Assembly (NCBI GenBank): GCA_047285305.1
Contig: JBJBDL010000003.1
Coordinates: forward strand, 352,001-416,000
Reading direction: 5' to 3'
Source of the DNA: Synechococcus sp.
Lineage (GTDB): Bacteria > Cyanobacteriota > Cyanobacteriia > PCC-6307 > Cyanobiaceae
DNA: 64,000 bases
The position numbers and the translations under genes were made by a program. The notes under the pieces are model-generated. The model saw only the letters and a list, made by a program, of their open reading frames with translations, had not been told where the DNA came from and did no database searches. This document shows, one piece after another, positions 1 through 9,593 of this stretch (its first letter is position 1; each line of letters begins with the position of its first letter).

Positions 1-457
1 TCAAGCTGAGCTTGAAAAAGCTAAGAACACACACCACCAGAAGAAATGACATCAGAAATGTCTGCAGCTGAAACGACCATTCCTCCAAGGTGTAGAAAAC
101 TGGATTGAGGTTGGTGTTATGCACATGCGAATGATTGTGCTCAAAAAGAGTGGGTGCCGAAGAGATCGCAGCGGCCATCGTGTTCCAGACCACCAACCCC
201 AGGCCTAGATAAACCACATAGGTCTGAAAATCCTGAACCTTGAACACCGTGCCATACACAGCAGATAGCACCGCGACTGAAAACAGATTGGAGAGACCGA
301 GCCAGAAGCTGCCGAAATAAGTGCGTACGAAACGGGCTCGGGTACGAGCCGTTGCGGTGAACCACCAGACGCGACGCATTCGCCAGGCTTCCCTAAGTGT
401 GCTGAGCACACTGCGGCGCGCGGTGTTGGCAGAACCAGGCAAAAGCATGGCGGTCAT
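1..457 (-). CDS. wzm: ABC-2 type polysaccharide exporter permease (Wzm/RfbA-like), runs off window start
   Basis: Manual translation from ATG at 457: MTAMLLPGS...ARTRARFVRTYFGSFWLGLSNLFSVAVLSAVYGTVFKVQDFQTYVVYLGLGLVVWNTM..., a typical Wzm N-terminus. Start overlaps the wzt stop (TGATG). Not in the ORF track because it is truncated. Confidence 0.85.
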   Translation of the reverse strand, partial: MTAMLLPGSANTARRSVLSTLREAWRMRRVWWFTATARTRARFVRTYFGSFWLGLSNLFSVAVLSAVYGTVFKVQDFQTYVVYLGLGLVVWNTMAAAISSAPTLFEHNHSHVHNTNLNPVFYTLEEWSFQLQTFLMSFLLVVCVLSFFKLSL

Positions 458-1227
458 CAGGGTTGGTTGTAAAAAGCCAGGGCGTCGTTCAGCTGACCGT
501 CGAAGACGATCCGGCCTGCCCTGAAAACCAAACCGCGGCTGCAGAAGCGCTTGAGCAGCCGCTCAGTGTGCGAGGCAAGCAACAAGGTTCCAGCGGTGTC
601 GAGGAATCGCTCCAGGCGTTCCTGAGCCCGGTCATAAAAATCGTTATCTCCAGCACCGAAACCCTCGTCCATGGCCAGACAGTCGTGGCTGCCGCTGGTG
701 AGCACCGCAAACAGCAGACGGGCCGCCATGCCCTGGCTGTAAGTCTTCAACGGCAAATGAATGAAATCGCCGAGACCAGCAAAGGTCACCACATCCTCCC
801 GAAAAGCCTCGAAGCCGCGCAGGTTGCCGTGGACCAACAAGTAATGCGCCTTTACGGCCTGCAGACCACTGAGTTCATCGCTTGTGATGAAACTCTTGTG
901 AATCATCGGGAACACAGGCACTTGAGCGTGAAACAGGCCGGCCGTGGGTTGGTAGATACCCGAAATCAGGCGTAAAAAAGTGCTCTTGCCCGAACCGTTA
1001 TGGCCGATCAGGGCGATTCGCTCACCCTCATGGATAGTGCAGTTGATCTCCTGCAAAGCCGTCACCACGGCCCCGCCCCGCTGGCGGCGCAATGATCCAC
1101 CAGTCACGGATCGGATCAATGAGGTCTTGAGACTGCGAGTCTCATTCGTGAACACTGGAATGTCGAGGCGCACACCTTCCAAGTGCAATGCCACCGGTGC
1201 AGAACGCCTGGAGCCTGAATCTGTCAT
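457..1227 (-). CDS. wzt: Polysaccharide ABC exporter ATP-binding subunit (Wzt/RfbB-like), no C-terminal CBD
   Basis: Walker A GHNGSGKST, signature YSQGM, Walker B LAMDE, LASH H-loop. Likely start MTDSG at 1227. Confidence 0.88.
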   Translation of the reverse strand: MTDSGSRRSAPVALHLEGVRLDIPVFTNETRSLKTSLIRSVTGGSLRRQRGGAVVTALQEINCTIHEGERIALIGHNGSGKSTFLRLISGIYQPTAGLFHAQVPVFPMIHKSFITSDELSGLQAVKAHYLLVHGNLRGFEAFREDVVTFAGLGDFIHLPLKTYSQGMAARLLFAVLTSGSHDCLAMDEGFGAGDNDFYDRAQERLERFLDTAGTLLLASHTERLLKRFCSRGLVFRAGRIVFDGQLNDALAFYNQP

Positions 1228-1291
1228 CGCACTGGCGGCCAGCACTCCACACCCCAAAAAACCACTCGAGAGTACCGGCTCAAATCTGAAT

Positions 1292-2401
1292 TCATCGCAC
1301 CGATTGCCATTGCTCCAGCTGCTGGAACCACACAGAGCGCTGGAACAAACTCCGATATCGCTGCCGAGAGTGGCGACCCAGCGCCGCTCTCTGCTCAGGG
1401 TCTGATTGCAGCTGACGCAGCACGTCAACAAGAGCCGCCGGCTGTTGCGACCAAGGGAACTGCTCCAACTGGCCAACCCAGCCCATGCCTGATCGCCTTT
1501 TCTGAAAGGCCAGGGACGGGATTCCGGCAGCCATCGCTTCCAGCTGAACAATGCCGAAGGCTTCATTGCAACGATCAGACGGCAGCACAAGCAAATCCGC
1601 CCGAGCCAGACACTGCAGCTTGGCCCCTTCACAAACGCGGCCGTGAAAACACACCGCTGACGTGGAGCCAAACAGCGCTTGGGCCTGGGCTACTAACGCT
1701 GCGCGCTTGGGACCATCTCCAACTACGTCAAGCCGCCAGGGCTGGGGCAGCTGCGCCAATGACTCCAGCAGCCAATCCACGCGCTTGTAGCTATCGAGCC
1801 TGCCAATGAAAAGCACAGACATGAAAGCTGTCCCAATAGACCGCCGTTCCGGAAGCGATAGAGCCGCCTTTTCCTGTTCGGCACTAAGGCAGCAGGGCAA
1901 CACATGAATACGTGCCGGGCTGCAGCCGCGACGCCCAAGCTCTTCCGCCAGCAAAGGAGACGTGGTGATCACGGCCGACAACCAGGGCACCGTCATCTGG
2001 GCGAGCCATTGATAGACGGCAAAAAGGCGGCCGTTGAGACCAGGCGAGTGCTCCAGAAAACAGTGCCAATGAGCAGTGACCCGGCGCCTGGGCCGGAGCA
2101 ACCGCGCCAAGAGCAGGAGCACCAACACCTCCGGCGAGGGCAGGTGGCCATGCAAGGGCCGGGAGGACAACAGCAGCTCCAATAGAGAACTTGACGGCAG
2201 AGGAACAAGCAGTCGCCCCGCCTTAAATCGCGGAAGGCGAATGCGGGCATAGGACACCGGCAGCGGATCCGGCTCAAGCCGCCGCTGCGGCTGTGCATCA
2301 AAGCTGTAGAGAGCCCCACACCACACAAGGGCCAGCTCATGAGCCACACGTTCCACGCCGCCATAGCCCGGCGGCCACTCCCGCAGCAACTGAATGGTCA
2401 T
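1292..2401 (-). CDS. GT4 family glycosyltransferase
   Basis: N-terminal PPGYGGVE; C-terminal FIGRL..YKRVD and EAFGIVQLEAMAAG. Confidence 0.88.
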   Translation of the reverse strand: MTIQLLREWPPGYGGVERVAHELALVWCGALYSFDAQPQRRLEPDPLPVSYARIRLPRFKAGRLLVPLPSSSLLELLLSSRPLHGHLPSPEVLVLLLLARLLRPRRRVTAHWHCFLEHSPGLNGRLFAVYQWLAQMTVPWLSAVITTSPLLAEELGRRGCSPARIHVLPCCLSAEQEKAALSLPERRSIGTAFMSVLFIGRLDSYKRVDWLLESLAQLPQPWRLDVVGDGPKRAALVAQAQALFGSTSAVCFHGRVCEGAKLQCLARADLLVLPSDRCNEAFGIVQLEAMAAGIPSLAFQKRRSGMGWVGQLEQFPWSQQPAALVDVLRQLQSDPEQRAALGRHSRQRYRSLFQRSVWFQQLEQWQSVR

Positions 2402-4881
2402 GGGCTAGCCAAAGGCAACTGCAACCAGGGATGACGCTGCTGCAGAGTGCGCGAGAGGGCCCGCCAGTTGCTGTTGGTAGCGGTGTGACTCATCGACTGA
2501 TCGTGACTGCGGTATTCGGCCAGGATGCGCGGACACTGGATGCCATGGAAGCCAGCTTCGATCAACTTGCACCAGAAATCGAAGTCTTCCCAACCCCCTT
2601 CGATGTGCGTGTAGCCACCGACCTTCTCCCAAGCGCTACGACGCACCAGGGCCATCGCATCCACCATATTTTCAAAGCGAAACCGGCCCCGCTGCCAGCT
2701 CTGGGAACGCACTAAGGAACGCTGATCGTCAGGCCGGCCAGGTTCGACCTGCACCGCCAGCAACGGGTGCACCACCGCGAGCCGATTGTCACCACAAGTC
2801 GCCAACTGCAGACAAGCCTGCACTGCAGGGGGATAAAGGGCGTTATCTGCATCAAGCACTAAACACCAGGGCGCCTGGGCCGCCGCAAAAGCAGTATTGC
2901 GGGCGGTCGCCAAACCCGCATTACGGCTGTGACAAAGCAACAGCAGACGACTAAAAATATGGCTCGGCCTCCGGATCTGCGCCTGCATCCAGGTCGCCAC
3001 CACCTCTGCCCCATCGTCGCTAGAGGTGTCATCTACCACGATCAGCTCCAGCCGCTCGGTGGTCTGAGCAGCCACACTTTCCAGCGCTGCGGAGATGCGA
3101 TCGGCGTAGTTGAACAGGCTGATAACTACCGCCGCAGTTGGCTGCTGGCCATCGCTCCAGTGGAACCGCTCCTGCATAGGCGGCGCGGGCCGATCCTCCG
3201 CCAGCGCCATCAACGGGGTGCCGAGATGCCGTGCCCTGAGATCCGCCGGATTGGTGAACGGCGGCAACGCTAAAAGCGAAGCCTTCAGACCCGATAAATG
3301 CGTGCAGGACTCCAACAAGGCTTGGTCGCCAGTCACTAAGCAGACGGCTGAGCGAGCAGCCTGCTGCAACCACCCGGCCCGGGCTAGACCTTCGGCGGGA
3401 GTCTGAACTATCAACTCAGGCCATCCCGGCAAGTATTGAATGGCAGGCTGCGGACACTGCCCATGGCTGACCTCGCGGGCCAAGGCCCGATCGAAGGCCT
3501 CACCCGCAGAACCAAGCAGCACCAGAGAGCCCTGCTCCGGTGGGGCAAGACCCAGGTAGCGTGCCCACACATGAGGCTCGTTCGCTGCGGCCTGATCCAA
3601 CCATCCGTTAAGAGGTTCTTCCGGATCCAGCCAGGCCACCGTTACGCCACAAGCCTGAAGCAGCCGGACACGGGCGGGTTCTGGATCGAACACCAAAGGC
3701 TGGGCGCGCAAATGACCAAGCCACTGCTCGCGCCGATTCAAAGGTGGCAGCTCCAGGTTGATTAATAGCTTTTCAAGCGTTCCCGGCACTAACGCTGGGT
3801 TACGGAGCACCAGCTGATTAGGAGCGCTGCGCTGGTAATCCGGTATCAGTAGTTCCAGCCCATCCATCGGAAGGCACTGCATAAAGAAGTGAGGCTGCAG
3901 CTCCATCCAGCTGGCACCACAGAGCTCTACCGCCAGTTCTGCCGCCAACGGCGGCAGCTTGGCCGGATGGGACACGGGGTAATGTCGATGGTGTTCCAGC
4001 CAGGCATCCCAACACTCGGGGGTGGAGGCAAGTGCAGCCCCCTGGGTGGGCTCACTCAGTGCCTGAACGAGACGGGATGGTGGTGTGGAAGATGGCATCC
4101 GCGTCGGAATCGGCTGACACAGAAGCCGTTTATGTAGCCGACGCACGGCTGAATCCAAAACGCGCGCATTCGCGATGCGCAGGCTGCGTCGATGGCTTGG
4201 CTCTATCAAAGCCAGGGCATTTGCACGTTGCTCATGAGAAGGTTGCAGTGTTGGCAGCGCCTCGATCAACTCCTCCAATTGGTGGTGAGGCTGCTGAAAC
4301 CAACGACCAAAATCAACCACCGACAAAGCCATCCCAGCGGCACGAGCTTGGTGCACCACCTCCAGGTTGTGACGCCACCACAACTGCTGTGCTCGGTTGA
4401 CATCCATACCCGTAAGCGGACCATCGCGACGCAGCAGTGATGCGGTGACCTCGGCTGGATCCCGTACGGCTAGCAAAAGCTGAACAGGGAAGTCGAGCTC
4501 ACGGGCCAGCTCGAGCCAGAGCGGCAACAGTCGGCTGCAGCGGGGATCTTTGATCGCCCACAGCGAAAGCTGGCGGAGGACCTCCGGCTCCAACAATTCG
4601 CGCAGAGACGATCTTGCTTGTTCAGTGGCCGGATGGCTTAGCCACTGATCCGGCAAGGCCAGGGTGCCCTCTGGTGCTGGCCACCAACGCTGCAGATCAA
4701 TCAGCAATCGCTCATGAATGGCCACCACGGCATCCCACTCGAAATAGCCCTCTGGGTTGTGCTGATCTCCATCGATGATTTCGCCAGGCAAAGCCACACC
4801 AAGACGCTGCAGCACTCCACACAACAGAGAAGTGCCGCTGCGATGCATACCAAGCACCAACAGCAGAGGAGGCCGAGCCAA
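2398..4881 (-). CDS. Sulfotransferase-domain / GT2 glycosyltransferase fusion protein
   Basis: N-terminal GMHRSGTS (5'-PAPS loop), NPEGYFE, KDPR, RDP..V..SL..R. C-terminal GT-A fold: VVDDTSSD, GLATARN, LDADN, WEDFDFW. Confidence 0.85.
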   Translation of the reverse strand: MARPPLLLVLGMHRSGTSLLCGVLQRLGVALPGEIIDGDQHNPEGYFEWDAVVAIHERLLIDLQRWWPAPEGTLALPDQWLSHPATEQARSSLRELLEPEVLRQLSLWAIKDPRCSRLLPLWLELARELDFPVQLLLAVRDPAEVTASLLRRDGPLTGMDVNRAQQLWWRHNLEVVHQARAAGMALSVVDFGRWFQQPHHQLEELIEALPTLQPSHEQRANALALIEPSHRRSLRIANARVLDSAVRRLHKRLLCQPIPTRMPSSTPPSRLVQALSEPTQGAALASTPECWDAWLEHHRHYPVSHPAKLPPLAAELAVELCGASWMELQPHFFMQCLPMDGLELLIPDYQRSAPNQLVLRNPALVPGTLEKLLINLELPPLNRREQWLGHLRAQPLVFDPEPARVRLLQACGVTVAWLDPEEPLNGWLDQAAANEPHVWARYLGLAPPEQGSLVLLGSAGEAFDRALAREVSHGQCPQPAIQYLPGWPELIVQTPAEGLARAGWLQQAARSAVCLVTGDQALLESCTHLSGLKASLLALPPFTNPADLRARHLGTPLMALAEDRPAPPMQERFHWSDGQQPTAAVVISLFNYADRISAALESVAAQTTERLELIVVDDTSSDDGAEVVATWMQAQIRRPSHIFSRLLLLCHSRNAGLATARNTAFAAAQAPWCLVLDADNALYPPAVQACLQLATCGDNRLAVVHPLLAVQVEPGRPDDQRSLVRSQSWQRGRFRFENMVDAMALVRRSAWEKVGGYTHIEGGWEDFDFWCKLIEAGFHGIQCPRILAEYRSHDQSMSHTATNSNWRALSRTLQQRHPWLQLPLASP

Positions 4882-4927
4882 AGGTTGAGGCAGCAGGATG
4901 GCGGGACGCTAACTCGCATGCCGCTGC

Positions 4928-5701
4928 ATGCCTCTCCAAAAGACGGTGTCTTCATGGATCCACTGGCCCCGCCAGCGCTTGCCCCACTTTCTCGGGCTCG
5001 GCACACAGAAGGGAGGCACTACCAGCCTGCAAAAACTGTTAGAGCGGCATCCAGAGGTTTATCTGCCCTCCTGCAAGGAGGTCCATTACTTCAGTAAGCA
5101 CTCCGAACAGTCAGCGGACTGGTACGCCTCGCATTACCGAAATGCAGGACCTGGCCAAAGACGGGGGGACATCACGCCCTTTTATCTTTTCCATCCCGAT
5201 GTTCCTGGCCGCATCCGCGCGCTATTGCCGAGGACCAAGATGATCGTGCTGTTGCGAGATCCCGTAGAACGGACACTCTCACAGGTGTTCCATGCTCGCA
5301 GGCATGGCTTTGAAGTGCTGGAAGTAGCGGAAGCACTTGCGGCAGAGCGAGAACGGCTGGCCACCGGCAGTGCCTACAGTTTCCAGAAGCACAGCTATGT
5401 AGCGCGAAGCCGCTACCTAGAGCAGCTGGATCGCTACGAAGCGCTTTTTCCTAAGCGACAACTTTTGGTGCTGAAAAGCGAAGACCTATTCACCAACACC
5501 GAACATGTTTGGGACTCCGTTCAGAAATTCCTGAACGTGAAGGCGATCCCGCTGCCTATGGAGCTACCTAAAGCCAATGCTGGTAGCGGAGAGGCTGCGG
5601 AGGTGGCTCACTCCGTGCGAGCCAAGCTCAGAGACGCGCTTTCAACCACCGCTTCAGGCGTGAAGCACCGCTACGGAATCGACTGGGGCTGGGGGGAATA
5701 G
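4928..5701 (+). CDS. Sulfotransferase (Sulfotransfer_1/3, heparan-sulfate O-sulfotransferase-like)
   Basis: GTQKGGTTSL, KEVHYF, DITPFY, LLRDPVERTLS motifs. Confidence 0.88.
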   Translation: MPLQKTVSSWIHWPRQRLPHFLGLGTQKGGTTSLQKLLERHPEVYLPSCKEVHYFSKHSEQSADWYASHYRNAGPGQRRGDITPFYLFHPDVPGRIRALLPRTKMIVLLRDPVERTLSQVFHARRHGFEVLEVAEALAAERERLATGSAYSFQKHSYVARSRYLEQLDRYEALFPKRQLLVLKSEDLFTNTEHVWDSVQKFLNVKAIPLPMELPKANAGSGEAAEVAHSVRAKLRDALSTTASGVKHRYGIDWGWGE

Positions 5702-6536
5702 CTACTACTGATTGTTTTGTCCCGACAGACACACCACGCACCCGCAGCAGCAAGGGCACAGTCAGCATGGCGGGATGGCTGATGCCGTGCTCCCAGAGCC
5801 CATCTTCCCCCCAGCAGTCGCCATAGACAGCGCAAAGAAGCACTGCTCCATCACGAAAGCGATCTAACAATGGTGCGAGCTGGTGGTCCACCCACTCCAG
5901 GAATGCCCTCTGGCGTCGAGCACTCTCTTCCGCACTGCAGTGCTCATCCCCAAAAGGGACATATGGACCGAGCCAGCGCTCCCATTTCGCCCCTGCATGC
6001 GAGTAGGGAAAATGGGTTTCGCCCACATTTAGAAAAGCGAACCGAGGCATTTCTTCTGGCAATTCGGACAAAGATCCATCAATCCATAAGAGCTGAGCTT
6101 GCAAGTTCCAAGTATTTCTGGAGAACCAAAAGTGATCAAACGGCTCAGCAAGAACAGAGCCTGAAGCAGAAGAAGTGTTAATCCATTCTGCTAACGCTGT
6201 CAATATAGTCGTACAATTAGGATGATCCAAAACTTCAATTATATTGTTTCACTTAAACGAAGTCCTTGATCAACATCTTTTTTAGCGGACCCTGAATAAG
6301 ACAACCCAAACAGCTTGGCCACCTTAGGATTCAATAATGGAGATTCACAGTCAACAACTCCAGGGGTAAAACCCATCTAAAAAGCAGCGTGACTACCATG
6401 TGCAAAATACGAAGACGAAAAGCCTTATGAAGAGGAGCGATTGAAGCAATATTTGGAATAAAACCACCATCAAAAGCTTTTTGAAGGTGTCAAATCTACA
6501 ATAATCTAGAACAATGAAAAGAATATCTTTTGTCAC
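5628..6536 (-). pseudogene. Decayed alkaline-phosphatase/sulfatase-superfamily metalloenzyme gene (STM4013-like)
   Basis: Joining frames gives ILFIVLDYCRFDTF / AFDGGFIPNIASIAPLHKA / SYFAHGSHAAF*MGFTPG / ...FLNVGETHFPY...GDCWGEDGLWEHG. There is a frameshift at the T-run 6478-6482, further frameshifts, and an in-frame TAG at 6377-6379. Confidence 0.72.
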
Positions 6537-6684
6537 AGCATTAAAGTTGAACTGAATTATTCTAAACGAGGCAATCGAAGGCAAAGATTGATACTATGTT
6601 CTCTCAGCAATTTCAATCATGCAATTTGGAAGTCGAGTAAAATCAAGAGATCCTGTAAACTTATTGCAAACCACATGACAAGAC

Positions 6685-6713
6685 TTTGCTTTTAAATCAA
6701 ATTTAAAAGCAAA
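6685..6713. terminator. Perfect 13-bp AT-rich inverted repeat downstream of the sulfatase gene
   Basis: TTTGCTTTTAAAT-CAA-ATTTAAAAGCAAA. Confidence 0.4.
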
Positions 6714-6729
6714 TACTATTAAACACAAC

Positions 6730-7932
6730 TTACCTAATCAACATTATTTCGTCTTCAAATTCAATTTGAACACATTTATTATTAGAGCTCAAAATACTAC
6801 CAAAAGAGCCTCGGCTGGGATCAATGATTGAATGAAATGCCGACCATAAGGCTTCTGTCAAGCCAAAAGGCCTCTTCTCATATTTCCACAAACGCCTCAA
6901 ACCTTGCCTTGCATTTGCGGGTTTATGAACAAACAGACTCCTAATTGCACCCTCCAAAAAACATCCCTTCAAAAGAAGACCCCAGTCCCCCAGCAGCTCA
7001 CCATGATCGCTACAGATAGTAATAGCTGTATTATCAAGAAAACCATTCACCTCCAAACTTCGCATAATTCTGCCAACCTGAGCATCAAGCAAATGCATAT
7101 GATCTGCATAGTCAGCTCTTAAAGCACTAACTGAAGCGAGAGGTATGCCATCAGGCCAACGTTGCAACTTTCGGCTCAAAACACTGCCTCTTGGAGCATA
7201 TTTATTAAGCTGCTCCAAAGAATCAGGACGCAATTCTGGGGAAGGTATTAGACCATGAAATCCCCTCCAGGAAGTGGGGACATCAAATGGTTCATGCGGG
7301 CCCGAAAAACTAATCCAAAAGAACCATGGAGTATCTCTTGGCAAATCATTGATTTCTTCAAGAGCCACATTTCCAAGCCAAATATCTGGATACAAATGAT
7401 CAGGCAAAGGCGTCGGGTTAGTATCATGAACAATAGAATTAGAATATCTACGTAGTAAATCATTTCGATATAACTCAAGAACACCCTCTTTGCGCCAGAC
7501 ATCTGTCAACTCACACTCTAAGACTCCCAGCGCTCTTGGACCCGCGATTTCTCTAAATCTCGAGAAACCTAAATCGCAAAGCAGGCCTGCATTATCTCTT
7601 AAATCTACTCCTTTTTCATGAGGGGTCCAATGAGTCTTTCCAATTAAGCGAGTGTGGAAGCCATGCAAATTTTTAAGCTGACGAACAAATGAGGGCGAAT
7701 CTGAAGGAAGAGTGAATACCTGATTAGAAGTTACACCTAATTGACTAGGCCTCAAGCCTGTAATCCAGCTTGCTCTGGCAGGTATACATTGCGGGCTTGA
7801 GGTATAACAGCGACGAACGTCCCAACCCTGAGATGCAACTTGACGTATCGACGGGACATTAAGCCAATCCTGATGCAACCAGTCACCCCTCCATTGATCA
7901 AAAGTAATTAATAACCAATTGGGAGGATTCAT
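6730..7932 (-). CDS. Sulfatase-like hydrolase (formylglycine-type)
   Basis: LITFDQWR, PQCIPARASWITG (CxPxR), GKTH, GPHEP, SDHGE motifs; AT-rich. Confidence 0.88.
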   Translation of the reverse strand: MNPPNWLLITFDQWRGDWLHQDWLNVPSIRQVASQGWDVRRCYTSSPQCIPARASWITGLRPSQLGVTSNQVFTLPSDSPSFVRQLKNLHGFHTRLIGKTHWTPHEKGVDLRDNAGLLCDLGFSRFREIAGPRALGVLECELTDVWRKEGVLELYRNDLLRRYSNSIVHDTNPTPLPDHLYPDIWLGNVALEEINDLPRDTPWFFWISFSGPHEPFDVPTSWRGFHGLIPSPELRPDSLEQLNKYAPRGSVLSRKLQRWPDGIPLASVSALRADYADHMHLLDAQVGRIMRSLEVNGFLDNTAITICSDHGELLGDWGLLLKGCFLEGAIRSLFVHKPANARQGLRRLWKYEKRPFGLTEALWSAFHSIIDPSRGSFGSILSSNNKCVQIEFEDEIMLIR

Positions 7933-7980
7933 GTTGATTAACTTAACATATAATCACTATGGCACAATCCTGGATAGTTT

Positions 7981-9330
7981 TCATCTTCCTGTAGCCTTGA
8001 GAATTATTTTTATAGTTCGAATAGCAATAGAAACATCCAGCCAAGTGTTGAAATTTTTTATATAAAAAAGATCGTAAGAAAGCTTCAGATCCGATTCCTC
8101 AATACTACTTGCATATGGAGCACTCACCTGAGCCCAACCACTCAAACCAGGACGCATCCAATGACGTTTACGGTAGTGGGGGATGCTCTTCTCTAATTGC
8201 CGCTCCAACTCTGGCCGCTCTGGTCGCGGACCAATCAAACTCATCTCACCAATGAGGACATTGAAGAGTTGAGGTAGTTCATCCAGCCGAACCTTTCGTA
8301 AAAGGCTACCTACCTTTGTAATTCTCTGGTCACCAGGCTGGGTCCACTCTGGAGGTGAATCCAGCGGCTGCACCGACATGGTGCGTAACTTAAAGACCGT
8401 GAACTCTCGCCCAAGCCAACCGCTACGACGTTGCGAGTAAAAAACTGGACCACGATCCTCTAGCCAAATCAATAAAGCTGCCATAGCAATCAATGGTGCT
8501 GTTACCAAAAGAAGTACAAAAGCCACAAAGAGATCAGCCATGCGCTTGAGCTGGGACTGGACACTGAAAAGAGAGGCCCAGGGGAGATCGTCATAGGTGA
8601 AGGAAATATCTCCCATCAACGCGGGTGGCAGGCGTTCTTGTTGGTGCTCAAACAAACTGAGAACCGACATACTGCGGACGAGACGTGGATCGCGCATCTC
8701 AAGGCTCTCAAGCAGCGAGCGATGACTTGGATCACGGCGCACCTCCGAACTCACTGCCACAAGTAGAGGCTGTTCCGATTGATCCAGGCGCCGTTGTAAA
8801 CGCAATGAATCAACAGGTGTCAGCCGTTGCCTATGGGGGATTCGCTGCCACACCGAGAGAACTTTATTGATCTCGTTCTGCTGAGCCAACAGCAAAAGCC
8901 TGGGACTTCCAGGGAGCAACAGACCTCGCCGCAGTGCCAGGCGCACCAGGAAGGACCAGCCGGTGAGTCCAAGCATCCACACCATCTGCACGCTGCGGTA
9001 CACCAGCCATATGGAATCGGCGGGATTGATCAACCAACGGGCAACGGCCACAACCATCACGCTCACGGTCGACGTGATCATGAGCCGCTGCAACAGAACC
9101 AGCAGGGCTAGACGACGCCAGCGCAAAACCGTATAGCTGCCAAACAACCAGCCCAAAAAGGGGTAAAGCAAAAGCGAAAACAACAACCAGCCCCCTTGCC
9201 CTTCCAAGCTGCTACCTCCGATCTGCCATCCAACGAATGGCAGTACCCAGAGAATCCAACCCAGGATCAAAAGCTGACCGACACCATCGAGCAGCATCGC
9301 CCGCAGGATCAGCGTGCGCGGATCATGCAT
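7981..9330 (-). CDS. Undecaprenyl-phosphate sugar transferase (WcaJ/WbaP family, priming glycosyltransferase)
   Basis: N-terminal TM helices; C-terminal FKLRTM, LDELPQLFNVLIGEMSLIGPRPE, PGLSGWAQV. Confidence 0.9.
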   Translation of the reverse strand: MHDPRTLILRAMLLDGVGQLLILGWILWVLPFVGWQIGGSSLEGQGGWLLFSLLLYPFLGWLFGSYTVLRWRRLALLVLLQRLMITSTVSVMVVAVARWLINPADSIWLVYRSVQMVWMLGLTGWSFLVRLALRRGLLLPGSPRLLLLAQQNEINKVLSVWQRIPHRQRLTPVDSLRLQRRLDQSEQPLLVAVSSEVRRDPSHRSLLESLEMRDPRLVRSMSVLSLFEHQQERLPPALMGDISFTYDDLPWASLFSVQSQLKRMADLFVAFVLLLVTAPLIAMAALLIWLEDRGPVFYSQRRSGWLGREFTVFKLRTMSVQPLDSPPEWTQPGDQRITKVGSLLRKVRLDELPQLFNVLIGEMSLIGPRPERPELERQLEKSIPHYRKRHWMRPGLSGWAQVSAPYASSIEESDLKLSYDLFYIKNFNTWLDVSIAIRTIKIILKATGR

Positions 9331-9425
9331 CTCGATCGCAAATCAACAGCATCAATACCGCCTCCAATCATGAAGTCAAAAGCGAAATAGATGACGTCAA
9401 AAAGTCACCAAATGGAATTTAAAAA

Positions 9426-9497
9426 AGCGGATGAAGAGATTCGAACTCTCGACCCTCTCCTTGGCAAGGAGATGCTCTACCACTGAGCTACATCCGC
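9426..9497 (-). tRNA. trnG: tRNA-Gly (GCC)
   Basis: GCGGATGTAGCTCAGTGGTAGAGCATCTCCTTGCCAAGGAGAGGGTCGAGAGTTCGAATCTCTTCATCCGCT forms a cloverleaf with anticodon GCC. Confidence 0.97.
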
Positions 9498-9593
9498 GAA
9501 ACGAAGACCTGAAGTGATCCCGCTGACCTAATGATGATGCACTACAGAGGTGCCCCAGGTCAATTCGCAACACACGCTTATGCGAAGGGGGCA

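Noticed and set aside
9426..9440. tRNA-Gly(GCC) 3' end as attachment site for the polysaccharide locus
   Set aside because: No duplicate tRNA end or integrase was seen within the window; the other boundary may lie outside it.
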